Assembly: GCA_016212095.1 (NCBI GenBank)
Contig: JACRHH010000015.1
Coordinates: 173,702 to 237,701 of the forward strand
Direction: 5' to 3'
From: Nitrospirota bacterium
GTDB taxonomy: Bacteria; Nitrospirota; Thermodesulfovibrionia; SZUA-242
Length of the DNA: 64,000 bases
The translations under genes and the position numbers were made by a program. Below, piece by piece: positions 11,279 through 20,869 of the stretch (positions are counted from its first letter, which is position 1; each line of letters opens with the position of its first letter). Under the pieces are notes generated by a model. It saw nothing but the letters and a program-made list of their open reading frames with translations, did no database searches and was not told the origin of the DNA.

Positions 11279-12599
11279 GGTGCTGGTTGCAGAGGACGAG
11301 GAGATCACGCTCAAGCACCTTGTTTACACGCTGAAAAAAGAGGGCTATGAAACGGAGGGCGCGGCGGACGGCCTCGAAGCGCGGCGCATGAACGCTGAGC
11401 GTCCGTTCGACGTGGTCATCGCCGACATACGAATGCCCGGCATGGACGGAATGCGCCTTCTTTCGGAGATCAAGGAGAATACGCCCGAAACCGAGGTGAT
11501 AATCGTGACCGGCTACGGCGCAATCGGCTCGGCGATCGAGGCGATAAGAAAAGGCGCATACGACTACGTGACCAAGCCGTTCGAGCTTGACGACCTCCTG
11601 CAGAAGGTTGCCAAGATACGCGAGCGAAAGAGCCTGCGGCGCGAGAACATCGCCCTTCGCGCTTTTCTTGGAATGCACAAGAAGGTGAATTTCATCGCCA
11701 AAAGCGCGAGGATGCGCAAGGTGCTCGAAATCATCGAGGGCATGAGCGAGTCTGACTGCAATGTGCTTCTTACCGGCGAAACCGGCGTGGGCAAAAGCCT
11801 TCTGGCAAAGATCATACACCTGACCACAAGGCGGCGCGATCTGCCGTTTCTGGCGCTGAACTGCGCCACGCTAACGGAGGAACTGCTTGCGTCGGAGCTT
11901 TTCGGCCATGAGCGGGGCGCGTTCACCGGAGCCGTGCGGATGAAGCAGGGGCTTGTTGAAATCGCCGACACCGGCACGCTGTTTCTTGATGAAATATCAG
12001 AGCTTTCCACCAATCTTCAAGCCAAGATGCTGAAGGTTATTGAGGAAGGCGAGTTCTACCGCGTAGGCGGCACAAGGCCCATTCATGTTGACGTGCGGTT
12101 CATCGCCGCCACAAACCGCAACGTTCAGCTCATGATTTCGGAGGGCAAATTCCGCGAAGACCTCTACTACCGCCTGAACGTGATGGAGATATTCATACCG
12201 CCGCTTCGCGACAGGAAGGAAGACATTGCGCCGCTTGCCGAGTATTTTCTGGAAAAGCATCTGCCGAAGGCCGGGAAAAAGATTGGCGGATTCGCGCCGG
12301 GAACGATAGACATCCTCGAAAAATACAGCTTTCCGGGCAACGTGCGAGAACTCGAAAACATAGTCGAGCGCGCCATCATTCTGGAAAAATCGGCATCAAT
12401 CACTCCTTCCAGCCTGCCCGACACCATGCGTATGTTCAAAATTGAAACAATCGAGCCTGCCGGAATCAGAACGCTCGATGACGTTGGAAAGGAATACGCC
12501 GGGCGCGTTCTTGAGCTTGCGGGCGGCAACAGATCGAAAGCCGCCGAACTGCTGGGCATATCGCGGACGAGCCTCTGGAGGATTCTGAAGGGGGAGTAG
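11268..12599 (+). CDS. Sigma54-dependent response regulator (NtrC/AtoC family)
   Basis: Receiver DIRMPGMDG, GETGVGKS Walker A, GAFTGA loop, C-terminal Fis-type HTH. Confidence 0.97.
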   Translation: MPFRVLVAEDEEITLKHLVYTLKKEGYETEGAADGLEARRMNAERPFDVVIADIRMPGMDGMRLLSEIKENTPETEVIIVTGYGAIGSAIEAIRKGAYDYVTKPFELDDLLQKVAKIRERKSLRRENIALRAFLGMHKKVNFIAKSARMRKVLEIIEGMSESDCNVLLTGETGVGKSLLAKIIHLTTRRRDLPFLALNCATLTEELLASELFGHERGAFTGAVRMKQGLVEIADTGTLFLDEISELSTNLQAKMLKVIEEGEFYRVGGTRPIHVDVRFIAATNRNVQLMISEGKFREDLYYRLNVMEIFIPPLRDRKEDIAPLAEYFLEKHLPKAGKKIGGFAPGTIDILEKYSFPGNVRELENIVERAIILEKSASITPSSLPDTMRMFKIETIEPAGIRTLDDVGKEYAGRVLELAGGNRSKAAELLGISRTSLWRILKGE

Positions 12600-12648
12600 C
12601 GTGGTTGCAAAAGTTTTAATGATTGGGCAAAGGATGTAAACTAACACC

Positions 12649-12864
12649 ATGAAAGAAATCATTTTCGAAATAATTGAGGACGAGACAGACGGGGGCTTTG
12701 TTGCCCGCGCATTGGGCTATTCAATCGTTACCGAGGCCGACACATGGGATGAGCTTCGCGCCAATGTCCGCGAGGCGGTTATCTGCCATTTTGACGATGC
12801 CAACGTTCCGCCGCTTATCCGCCTTCATCGTGTAATTGACGAACTCGTTCCTGTGCAGGCATGA
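12649..12864 (+). CDS. hicB: HicB-like antitoxin (short, no DNA-binding domain)
   Basis: DGGFVA...IVTEADTWDELRANVREAV HicB-like core; ATGA overlap with hicA. Confidence 0.75.
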   Translation: MKEIIFEIIEDETDGGFVARALGYSIVTEADTWDELRANVREAVICHFDDANVPPLIRLHRVIDELVPVQA

Positions 12865-13103
12865 AGCTTCCGCGCGATCTTTCCGCCGTGGAGCTGGAGA
12901 AAGCACTGCGCAAGGCGTTCGGCTACCAGTTTTCCCGACAGGTTGGTTCGCACCGTCGTCTTGTTACGCAAATCGGCGGCGAACATCATCTTACAATCCC
13001 AAATCACAACACTATAAAGCCGGGCACGTTCCGGGCCATCATCGGCGAAGTGGCAGCGCATCATCGTATTTCAATAAATCAGGTTCTTGAAAAATTGACA
13101 TAA
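12861..13103 (+). CDS. hicA: HicA family mRNA interferase toxin
   Basis: MKLPR.LS..EL.KAL..FGY...RQVGSH...IPNH..IKPGT...I pattern with the conserved GSH His. Confidence 0.88.
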   Translation: MKLPRDLSAVELEKALRKAFGYQFSRQVGSHRRLVTQIGGEHHLTIPNHNTIKPGTFRAIIGEVAAHHRISINQVLEKLT

Positions 13104-13128
13104 CCGTTTCAAAGGCAATTCGTAACAA

Positions 13129-13241
13129 TGTTCATATTTGAAACACCCTGATCCGCTCCAGTACAAGCATTACCAGGCACTAGCCCGCCTCTAAAGCACC
13201 ACGAAATCCTCAAGCGTTCACGACTGTTCACATCTGAAACA
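13129..13241. promoter_or_regulatory. Two copies of a TGT-N11-ACA enhancer (UAS) for a sigma54 activator
   Basis: TGTTCATATTTGAAACA (13129-13145) and TGTTCACATCTGAAACA (13225-13241); 15/17 identical and palindromic. Confidence 0.75.
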
Positions 13242-13276
13242 GTTTTCCGTCTCATCCATTTAAATTATCCCATATT

Positions 13277-13289
13277 AATCAATAAGTTA
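13277..13289 (+). promoter_or_regulatory. IHF binding site
   Basis: AATCAATAAGTTA is an exact match to WATCAANNNNTTR, between the UAS and the sigma54 promoter. Confidence 0.7.
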
Positions 13290-13294
13290 CCTCT

Positions 13295-13310
13295 TGGCAC
13301 TCTCATTGCT
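13295..13310 (+). promoter_or_regulatory. Sigma54 (-24/-12) promoter
   Basis: TGGCAC-tctca-TTGCT, exact consensus spacing. Confidence 0.9.
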
Positions 13311-13361
13311 CCATATGGCGGCATAACAATCGGGCATATCGCCGCTCATATGGAGGTTTAG

Positions 13362-13847
13362 ATGGGAAAGCGGATTTTGTTTGTTGCCAGAGGCGATGAA
13401 AACATGGGAGAGGGCTTCTCATACGCGCTAGATCTTGCGCGGGCTGTTGGCGAGGACATCGTGCTTCTTGTTGTCCGCAAGACGCGGATGCTGATGGACA
13501 GGTTTGAAGACCTGATGTCGGCGGTTGCCTTCGCCGAGGAGGGCGATCACAAGACCGCGCGCGAGATTGCGGCGGCTGGAATAACGGAGCCCGACATTGC
13601 GGGCAACACAGCCGGACTGGTCGAGGACGGAAGACGGGCTGGCGTAAACGTGCAGGTTAGCTCGGCGCAGGGCGACATGGTTTCAGCGGTGAAGGCCTTC
13701 ATCAAGAGCGGAAACAACGTGGACATGGTGGTGCTTTCGCCCGGCATCACCAACAGCGGCGAAGATGGGGTGCGTGAGCTGGGCAGGCTGGTCAAGGGCG
13801 TAAGCAGGCCGGTGGTGGCAATGTCCCGGCAGCAGGCTGGCGCATGA
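13362..13847 (+). CDS. Degenerate universal-stress-protein-like protein
   Basis: SD ggagg; KRILFV...YALDLARA...DMVVL...SRPVV layout resembles a USP fold. Confidence 0.65.
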   Translation: MGKRILFVARGDENMGEGFSYALDLARAVGEDIVLLVVRKTRMLMDRFEDLMSAVAFAEEGDHKTAREIAAAGITEPDIAGNTAGLVEDGRRAGVNVQVSSAQGDMVSAVKAFIKSGNNVDMVVLSPGITNSGEDGVRELGRLVKGVSRPVVAMSRQQAGA

Positions 13848-13890
13848 GTTTCAAAACTACAACTATTTACTGCAAAAGGAGAAATTGAGG

Positions 13891-14811
13891 ATGTATCTGT
13901 ATTTACCCGTTGCGCTTACAAGCGTGAACATTTTCCTGCCGGTTGGCCTTGGGCTTGCCGTGGGGCTTCTATCCGGGCTGTTCGGCGTTGGAGGCGGATT
14001 CCTGATGACCCCGCTTCTCATCATGCTCGGCATCCCATCGGCAGTTGCGGCTGCCACCGATTCAAACCAGATCGTGGCCGCGTCCACTTCGGGCGCGTTC
14101 GCGCACTGGAGAATGGGCAATATCGATTTCAAGATGGGCATCTACCTTCTGGTGGGCGGTTTCATCGGCGGACTGGTAGGCGTGGAGGCGGTGAAGGCTC
14201 TCAGGGCGATGGGCAACATAGACTTCGTGATCAAGATGACATACGTTTTAATGCTGGGCGGCGTCGGCGCATACATGTTCATCGAGAGTTTCCAGAACCT
14301 TCGCAATAAGGACGCGGCGAAGCCGGTGGAGCGGAAGGCCGACGCTCCGAAGTCCGGTTTTCTGGCATCGCTTCCGTTTCAGACGCATTTCGAAAAGTCG
14401 GGCGTGACACATTCGGCGCTTCTGCCGGTTATCGTGGGCGGGCTTGTGGGCATTCTGGCCGCCATCATGGGCGTGGGCGGCGGATTCCTGATGGTTCCGG
14501 TGATGGTCTACATGCTCCGGATGCCGATGCATGTGGTTGTGGGAACAAGCCTGTTTCAGGTTCTTTTCACCTGCATCGAGGTCACGTTTCTTCAGGCATG
14601 GTCAAACCACACCGTGGATTTCATCCTCGCCGTGCTGCTCCTTCTGGGATCGACAATCGGGGCGCAGGTTGGAAGCGTGTTCGGGCGAAAGTTGAAGGGC
14701 GAGCAGTTAAAGATTCTTCTTTCGATCATCGTTCTGGCGGTCACGGTAAAAATTGTTTTCGATCTCGTGCTGACGCCGGGCCTGCTTCTGGCTCAGGCGG
14801 GCGGACATTAA
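13891..14811 (+). CDS. TauE/SafE (TSUP) family sulfite/organosulfur exporter
   Basis: Duplicated GLFGVGGGFL / AIMGVGGGFL motifs, VVGTSL, about 8 TM; SD aaggag. Confidence 0.93.
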   Translation: MYLYLPVALTSVNIFLPVGLGLAVGLLSGLFGVGGGFLMTPLLIMLGIPSAVAAATDSNQIVAASTSGAFAHWRMGNIDFKMGIYLLVGGFIGGLVGVEAVKALRAMGNIDFVIKMTYVLMLGGVGAYMFIESFQNLRNKDAAKPVERKADAPKSGFLASLPFQTHFEKSGVTHSALLPVIVGGLVGILAAIMGVGGGFLMVPVMVYMLRMPMHVVVGTSLFQVLFTCIEVTFLQAWSNHTVDFILAVLLLLGSTIGAQVGSVFGRKLKGEQLKILLSIIVLAVTVKIVFDLVLTPGLLLAQAGGH

Positions 14812-14828
14812 TCAAGGGGGGATTGCAA

Positions 14829-15605
14829 ATGAGAAATTTCATACTGGCGCTTACGATAACGGCGGCATCAATATTCGCGGCAAGCGGCAGCGCTTCGGCC
14901 ACGCTCACAGCCAACGCGAACCACAGCCTTATCAACATAGATTTCATGTATCACGGAAGCACTGTTTCGGTGAGGGGCGAGGCCGACAGCGGCGTCGATC
15001 TGGTCGTGAAAATAACCTCGCCCGAAGCGCATCAGGCTCTAAAAACCAAGGGCAAGGTCGGCGGCGTGTTATGGATGAACGTGGGCCAGCTCGAATTCGA
15101 GCATCTGCCGGGCTACTACGCGCTCTACGCAACCAAGGACATCGACAGGATTCTCGACGCTTCGGAGCGCGAGAAATATGGCATAGGATACGACGTTCTT
15201 GGCCGCAAGGCCGAAATCAGGCCACTTGCCAATGAAGAAGACCGCGCGAAGTGGTTTTCGGAGTTTATCAAGTTCAAGGAGGAGTCGAACCTCTACGCAA
15301 CGCCGAAGAACATTGTGACCACGGCCAGCAAGGATTCGGCCTCCGCTTCCTATTTCATGAAAAGCGACTGGCCGTTTCAGGCTCCTCCGGGCATTTACGA
15401 TGTGACGGTGTATGCCGTGAAAAACGGCAAGGTTGCCGAGGAAGCGCATTCGAAGGTTACGGTGGAGCAGGTTGGCATCGTGAAAACACTTTCGGACATG
15501 GCAAAAAATAACGCGGCAACATACGGCCTCATTTCGATAGCCGCCGCGCTGCTGGCCGGTTTCGGAGTGGGGCTTATCTTCAAGAAAGACGGAGGAGCGC
15601 ACTGA
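14829..15605 (+). CDS. TIGR02186 family exported, C-terminally anchored protein
   Basis: Signal peptide, KGKVGGVLWMN, P.QAPPG.YDVTVYAV, C-terminal TM; usual partner of this TSUP subfamily. Confidence 0.82.
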   Translation: MRNFILALTITAASIFAASGSASATLTANANHSLINIDFMYHGSTVSVRGEADSGVDLVVKITSPEAHQALKTKGKVGGVLWMNVGQLEFEHLPGYYALYATKDIDRILDASEREKYGIGYDVLGRKAEIRPLANEEDRAKWFSEFIKFKEESNLYATPKNIVTTASKDSASASYFMKSDWPFQAPPGIYDVTVYAVKNGKVAEEAHSKVTVEQVGIVKTLSDMAKNNAATYGLISIAAALLAGFGVGLIFKKDGGAH

Positions 15606-15609
15606 TTTT

Positions 15610-16470
15610 ATGTACAGCAATATTGTAGTTGCGTTCGATGAATCGGAATTCGCAGCCGCAGCGCTTGTGGAAGCGCTGCACATGGTGAAGGCGCACGGCG
15701 GCAGCGTGACAATGGCGCGCGCCGTCTATTTCGACACCGAGGAGTTCGGCATCGCGCCGGAACAGCTTGAAAAGCGTTTTAACAAGGCTCGCGAAGCCTG
15801 CATGAAAAGCGTGGAGCGATACTCAACGGAGTTTGGCGTGAGCATAGGCCTGTCCATCCGGCAGGGCGACGCTCCCGAAGTGATAATCGAGGTGGCGAAG
15901 GAAAAAGCCGCCGATCTTATCGTGATGGGCACATACGGCAGGCGCGGCATCAAGCGGCTGATCATGGGAAGCACGACATCATCCGTGCTTCTGGACGCAC
16001 CATGCGACGTGCTTGTGGTGAAGCGCCCGTGCCATGAATGCACCGGGAAATACGATTCGGTGCTCGTGCCGTTCGACGGCTCGCAACCGGCCCGCAAGGC
16101 TCTTGCCCGCGCCGTGGACATGGCCAAAACCAACGGCGCGCGGCTTATCGCGCTTTATGTGATTCCACAGTACGAGGAGATGATCGAGTTCTACAGCTCC
16201 GCATCCATCAACAACCGGCTTATCGAGGAAGGGCGGAAGATTGTTGACGAGGCGCATAAAATCGCGGGCGGGCGCGGCATAGATGCCGCCACGCTTGTTG
16301 AAAAGGGGCGCGCCGGCGACGTGATCGCCGAAACAGCGGCAACGCTGCCCAATCCGGTGATAGTCATGGGAACGCGGGCCTTGCGGGGAATGAACAAGGC
16401 GGTTCTGGGCAGCACCGCCGAGCGCGTTATAGCCTCGGCATCCGCGCCCATTCTGGTTGTGAAGGGATAA
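15610..16470 (+). CDS. Tandem-domain universal stress protein
   Basis: Two USP domains (IVMGTYGRRG...MGS; IVMGTRA...LGSTAE) joined by a CHEC linker. Confidence 0.93.
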   Translation: MYSNIVVAFDESEFAAAALVEALHMVKAHGGSVTMARAVYFDTEEFGIAPEQLEKRFNKAREACMKSVERYSTEFGVSIGLSIRQGDAPEVIIEVAKEKAADLIVMGTYGRRGIKRLIMGSTTSSVLLDAPCDVLVVKRPCHECTGKYDSVLVPFDGSQPARKALARAVDMAKTNGARLIALYVIPQYEEMIEFYSSASINNRLIEEGRKIVDEAHKIAGGRGIDAATLVEKGRAGDVIAETAATLPNPVIVMGTRALRGMNKAVLGSTAERVIASASAPILVVKG

Positions 16471-16476
16471 TTTGCC

Positions 16477-16896
16477 ATGAAAGGCTACAGAAAAGTGCTG
16501 ATCGCGCTGAACGGAAACCGCGATGTTCTTACTCAGGGGCTGAAACTTGCGGGCGACGAGAAATGCTGGGTAACGGTGGTGAAGGTTCTGCCGTCATACG
16601 AGGGCGACATAAACCTGACCGGCATAAAGAACATCGAGGACGCGCTCTGCTCGAACTCCGGGGCCGCCGTATCCGGCATAAAGGCCGACGCCGCGGAAAC
16701 GCGCGCGCTTGTGAAGGTGCGGGTTGAGGAAGGCGATATTCCGGCTGCGATAACCGAAGCCGCGGCGCAGGAGCGTTGCGACGTTATCGTGATGGGCGCG
16801 CCGAAGCGAAACGGATGGCGAAGGCTTTTCGGCGACAACGTGGTCGAAAAGGTTATCGGGATGGCCCCCTGCCCGGTGCTGGTGGTGGGGGCGTAA
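16477..16896 (+). CDS. Universal stress protein
   Basis: YRKVLIA...DVIVMG...LFG...APCPVLVV. Confidence 0.88.
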   Translation: MKGYRKVLIALNGNRDVLTQGLKLAGDEKCWVTVVKVLPSYEGDINLTGIKNIEDALCSNSGAAVSGIKADAAETRALVKVRVEEGDIPAAITEAAAQERCDVIVMGAPKRNGWRRLFGDNVVEKVIGMAPCPVLVVGA

Positions 16897-16904
16897 CCGC
16901 CCCC

Positions 16905-18287
16905 TTACCGTTTCCCGACGCGCTCAAGCAGCTTCATGACCGCCTCTATACCTTTGTAAAACTGCGCTATTTCGAACTTCTCGTTCGGCGAGTGAAGCGC
17001 GTCGTCCGGCATTCCGAACCCAAGAAATACAACGTCCATGCCAAGCTCCACATTGAATATCGTGGCGATCGGGATAGACGCGCCCGACCGGATCAGCACG
17101 GGCCGCGCTCCAAACACCTCCTCCATCACGTCGCGCGCAGCCGAGATGTGCGGGCTTTCCGGATTCAGCAGAACGCCGCTTGCAGCATGAATTTTCCGGC
17201 ATTCGACAGTAACCGGCGCGCCAGTAACCTGCGCAACAGAAACCTGCGGCGGCGCGATGGCGTTTACATGCTCGCAAAACTTCCGGGCAATATCGTCCGG
17301 ATTCTGGTTCGGCACAATTCTCATGCTCACCTTGGCCGACGCGCGGCGCGGAAGCACGGTTTTCGCCCCCTCACCCTGAAATCCGCATGTGATGCCGTTT
17401 ATGTCGAGCGTGGGGCGCGAGGTGATTCGTTCATATGTTGAATAACCGCTTTCGCCCCAGCAGGTCTTCGCACCGGCCTGCTCGATGAATTTACTCTCTT
17501 CAAACGGAACCTCTGCCGCAAGCCTCCGGTCTGTTTCGGTTATCGCGACAACATCGTCGTAGAAGCCGGGAATGAGCACACGCCCGGTTTCCAGATCGAT
17601 CAGGCTGTCAAGAATTCGGGCAAGAGCGCTTCCGGGATTCATCACACCGCCGCCGTAAACGCCGGAATGCAGATCGCGTCCGGGGCCGGTCACCTCAATC
17701 TCCATGTAAACGATGCCGCGAAGGCCGTAGTCAATCGACGGCGTGTCGCGCTTCAGAAACGCCGTGTCGGAGATTACGGCGAAGTCGGCAGCAAGCTTTT
17801 CGTGGTTTTCAGCCGCCCATTTTTCTATCGACGCGCCGCCAGCCTCCTCCTCGCCCTCGGCGATTATCTTTATATTTACCGGCCACTTATCGCCCCACTT
17901 CGCCGATAGCTCGCGAAGCGCGAAAAGATGAGTACAGAGCTGGCCCTTGTCGTCGGACGAGCCGCGAGCGTATATCGCGCCGCCCCGGATTTCGGGCGAA
18001 AACGGCGGCGATTTCCATTCATCGAGCGGATCAACCGGCTGGACATCGTAATGTCCGTATAGAAGCACGGTCGGATTTGCCGGATCGTCAATTCTCTCTG
18101 CAAACACAAGCGGATGGCCGCCGTCAACCACATGGGTTTCAACGAAATCGATTCCGGCCTTCCGTATCGCGTCCGCAACCCAACCGGCGGCGCGGATCAT
18201 GTCATCGCCATGTTCGGGCAGCGTGGACACCGACGGTATCCGCAGGAAATCGAGCAGTTCGTCAAGATAATCCGTATATTCCTTCAT
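16905..18287 (-). CDS. M20 family dipeptidase (ArgE/DapE-like)
   Basis: YGHYDVQP, ARGSSDDKGQ, EGEEE, DLHSG, HSPNE metal ligands. Confidence 0.93.
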   Translation of the reverse strand: MKEYTDYLDELLDFLRIPSVSTLPEHGDDMIRAAGWVADAIRKAGIDFVETHVVDGGHPLVFAERIDDPANPTVLLYGHYDVQPVDPLDEWKSPPFSPEIRGGAIYARGSSDDKGQLCTHLFALRELSAKWGDKWPVNIKIIAEGEEEAGGASIEKWAAENHEKLAADFAVISDTAFLKRDTPSIDYGLRGIVYMEIEVTGPGRDLHSGVYGGGVMNPGSALARILDSLIDLETGRVLIPGFYDDVVAITETDRRLAAEVPFEESKFIEQAGAKTCWGESGYSTYERITSRPTLDINGITCGFQGEGAKTVLPRRASAKVSMRIVPNQNPDDIARKFCEHVNAIAPPQVSVAQVTGAPVTVECRKIHAASGVLLNPESPHISAARDVMEEVFGARPVLIRSGASIPIATIFNVELGMDVVFLGFGMPDDALHSPNEKFEIAQFYKGIEAVMKLLERVGKR

Positions 18288-18376
18288 GAATGAATATTCC
18301 TCCTGATGCGTGTTAAGTCCGGCATATTAGCAGGCTTCAACGCCGGTTTGCCAGATATATCCTCATTCCTAGGCAT

Positions 18377-18404
18377 TCAAGTTTCAGCGGTTTTCAGCCG
18401 ATTA
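18377..18404 (+). promoter_or_regulatory. Probable sigma28 (FliA) promoter of the chemoreceptor
   Basis: TCAAGTTT...GCCGATTA resembles TAAAGTTT-N11-GCCGATAA, with the spacer 1 nt long. Confidence 0.6.
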
Positions 18405-18451
18405 AGCCATGAACGGGTTACAACGCCCACAGCAACAACATCGGAGAACGC

Positions 18452-20164
18452 ATGAAACTTAAAAGCTTCAACAACTGGTCTATCTTCTCAAAAATCATGG
18501 CAGTCTTGTTGACGAGCGTATCACTTTTCGCGCTCGTCATCCTGTTCTATTTCCTGCCGCTGGTGCAGGACAACCTGATGCGGCAGAAGCAGGACAAGGT
18601 TCGCAATCTTGTGGACGTGGCCTGGTCGGTTGCCGCGGCATACGATTCGCGAGCAAGGGCCGGTGAATTGTCGCAGGACGACGCCAGGAAGCTCGCGGCC
18701 CGCGAGCTGCAGGAGCTTCGCTACAACGACAAGGACTATTACTGGATAAACGACCTCGGCCCAACGATGATAATGCATCCGATAAAGCCGGAGCTTAACG
18801 GCAACGACATGTCCGGCTTCAAGGATCCGTCCGGGAAAAAGCTTTTCATCGAGTTCGCGCGCGTCTGCCGGGACAAGGGCGAGGGTTTTGTCGATTACCT
18901 GTGGCCCAAGCCGGGGCACGACAAGCCTGTCGGCAAGGTCTCGTTCGTGAAGCTCTACAAGCCATGGGGCTGGGTGATCGGAAGCGGCATATACACCGAC
19001 GATGTGGCGGCAGAGATGGCCGGGCTTCGCATCCGGATTCTTGCAGCGCTTGTTGTCGGCGTTGGAGCATTCATCCTTGCCGCGTCGCTGCTTGCCCGTA
19101 TGCTCACCAGGCGCATTCAACGCATCGCAATGACTGCGGAAGCCATCGGCTGCGGCGACCTCTCGTTCAATGTGGCTGCGGACGGCGAGGATGAACTTGG
19201 CCGCGCGGCTGCCGGAATGTCCTGCATGACCGGAAATCTTCGCGAAGTTGTGCAGGGTATTACCGCCATGGCAGACACGCTTGCCGGCCATTCCGAGGAG
19301 GTGTCGTCGAGAACATCGCAGATAACCGCGGGCATCGAGGAGCAGGCGCAGGGAATAGACCAGTCGGCAACCGCCAGCACCGAAATATCGCAAACCATCA
19401 TGGACGTGGCAAGAAACGCGTCGGACGCATCGACAGCGGCGCACGAATCCGTCAGAATCGCGAACGAGGGCAAGAGCATTGTTGAAAGCACGGCGACTGG
19501 CATGATGAAGATCGCGCATAGCGTTGACAAGACAGCGCAACAGATCGGCGCATTGGGAGACAGCAGCCGCAGGATAGGCGAGATTGTAAACGTGATCAAC
19601 GACATCGCCGACCAGACCAACCTGCTTGCGCTTAACGCCGCCATCGAGGCGGCGCGCGCCGGAGAGCAGGGGCGCGGATTCGCCGTGGTGGCCGACGAGG
19701 TGCGAAAACTTGCCGAGCGCACGGCCAAGGCCACAGACGAGATTTCCGGCATGATAACCAAGATTCAGCACGACACCGACGCCTCGGTAAAGAGCATGGA
19801 GGAAGGCCGGGCGCAGGCTGAGGACGGCGTGCGGTATGCCGATCAGGCGCGGCTGGCGCTGGACAAGATCGTGCAGGCGTCGGACAGATGCCTTGGCATG
19901 GTGCAGGCCATAGCCGCAGCAACCGAGGAGCAGTCAACCGCGGTCGATGAGGTTTCGGGAAGCCTCGAAAAGATTGCGGATGTTTCCAAAACATCGCTGG
20001 ATGCCGTCGCCCGGATCGGGGATGCGACACACGAGTTGGCGCGGCTTTCCTCCGAGCTTCGCTCCCGCGTGGCATGGTTCAGAATCGAGGAGGCCAAACA
20101 GCACCGTGCTGTTGCAAAAGCGGTTCCGGCTCCGCGAGGGCATCGCGCAAACGCGCGAAGATAG
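18452..20164 (+). CDS. Methyl-accepting chemotaxis protein (sCache_2-type sensor, HAMP)
   Basis: Cache motifs RY...DYYWIND...MHPIKPEL and Y.WPKPG; signalling core [35 protein letters not shown]. Confidence 0.97.
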   Translation: MKLKSFNNWSIFSKIMAVLLTSVSLFALVILFYFLPLVQDNLMRQKQDKVRNLVDVAWSVAAAYDSRARAGELSQDDARKLAARELQELRYNDKDYYWINDLGPTMIMHPIKPELNGNDMSGFKDPSGKKLFIEFARVCRDKGEGFVDYLWPKPGHDKPVGKVSFVKLYKPWGWVIGSGIYTDDVAAEMAGLRIRILAALVVGVGAFILAASLLARMLTRRIQRIAMTAEAIGCGDLSFNVAADGEDELGRAAAGMSCMTGNLREVVQGITAMADTLAGHSEEVSSRTSQITAGIEEQAQGIDQSATASTEISQTIMDVARNASDASTAAHESVRIANEGKSIVESTATGMMKIAHSVDKTAQQIGALGDSSRRIGEIVNVINDIADQTNLLALNAAIEAARAGEQGRGFAVVADEVRKLAERTAKATDEISGMITKIQHDTDASVKSMEEGRAQAEDGVRYADQARLALDKIVQASDRCLGMVQAIAAATEEQSTAVDEVSGSLEKIADVSKTSLDAVARIGDATHELARLSSELRSRVAWFRIEEAKQHRAVAKAVPAPRGHRANARR

Positions 20165-20188
20165 TCCGGATAGTGCATAATACGGGGC

Positions 20189-20845
20189 ATGGAGGGTGTT
20201 CGCAAAACCGTTCTGTATCTGACCGTCGCGGCGTGCGGTCTTGTCATCTGGCTGATAGCCTCGACTGACCTTCAGGGCCAGCCAGGGCTTCTCTGGGAAC
20301 TCTCGACCGGAGAGGAAGGCACGGACGGAAGAACAGCGCTTTCGCTGGTGTTTCTTGGCGGAGCCGGGCTGGTAATCGGCGCGATAGTCTTTCTATTCCT
20401 TCTCAAGTTCACCTGGAACATAGCGTATTCGGTTGTTTCGCAAGGCGTTGCCGAGGAATGGCGCGGCACCGTGATGTGGCTGCTTCTGCTTGTGCTGCTG
20501 ATGCCATGCGCCCTGCTGCGGAGCGAGATCAAGATGAAAGCGCTTTCCGTAAAGATGCAGGTTGCCGGCTTGATCGACGCGGCAAAGGGCTACGATCCGA
20601 AAGTGCAGATCAATAGCGGGCAGATCGATGAATCGCTTGCCCGCGATGTGGGCGCGTCCGCCAAATTTTCCGACAAGGAATCGCGCGCGGAAGCCGAGCG
20701 GGTTCTGCGCGAGGCCAAGGCCGACGCGAAGGTGGAAAAGGTCGATCCCGGCAAGATTTCGATCAAGGAAATCATCAGCGGCCTGAAAGAGTTTACCGGC
20801 AAGGATGCAGGCAAGAAGACTGAAAACAGCGAATCAGGCAAATAA
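20189..20845 (+). CDS. Hypothetical membrane protein (3 TM plus charged C-terminal domain)
   Basis: Long ORF filling the gap with typical codon usage; no recognised motif. Confidence 0.7.
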   Translation: MEGVRKTVLYLTVAACGLVIWLIASTDLQGQPGLLWELSTGEEGTDGRTALSLVFLGGAGLVIGAIVFLFLLKFTWNIAYSVVSQGVAEEWRGTVMWLLLLVLLMPCALLRSEIKMKALSVKMQVAGLIDAAKGYDPKVQINSGQIDESLARDVGASAKFSDKESRAEAERVLREAKADAKVEKVDPGKISIKEIISGLKEFTGKDAGKKTENSESGK

Positions 20846-20869
20846 ACAGAATACCGGAGAACCGCAACA

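Noticed and set aside
18521-19771. 416-aa minus-strand ORF, and similar long antisense ORFs at 3641, 5380, 47538 and 60022
   Set aside because: Each fully overlaps a confidently identified gene on the opposite strand.
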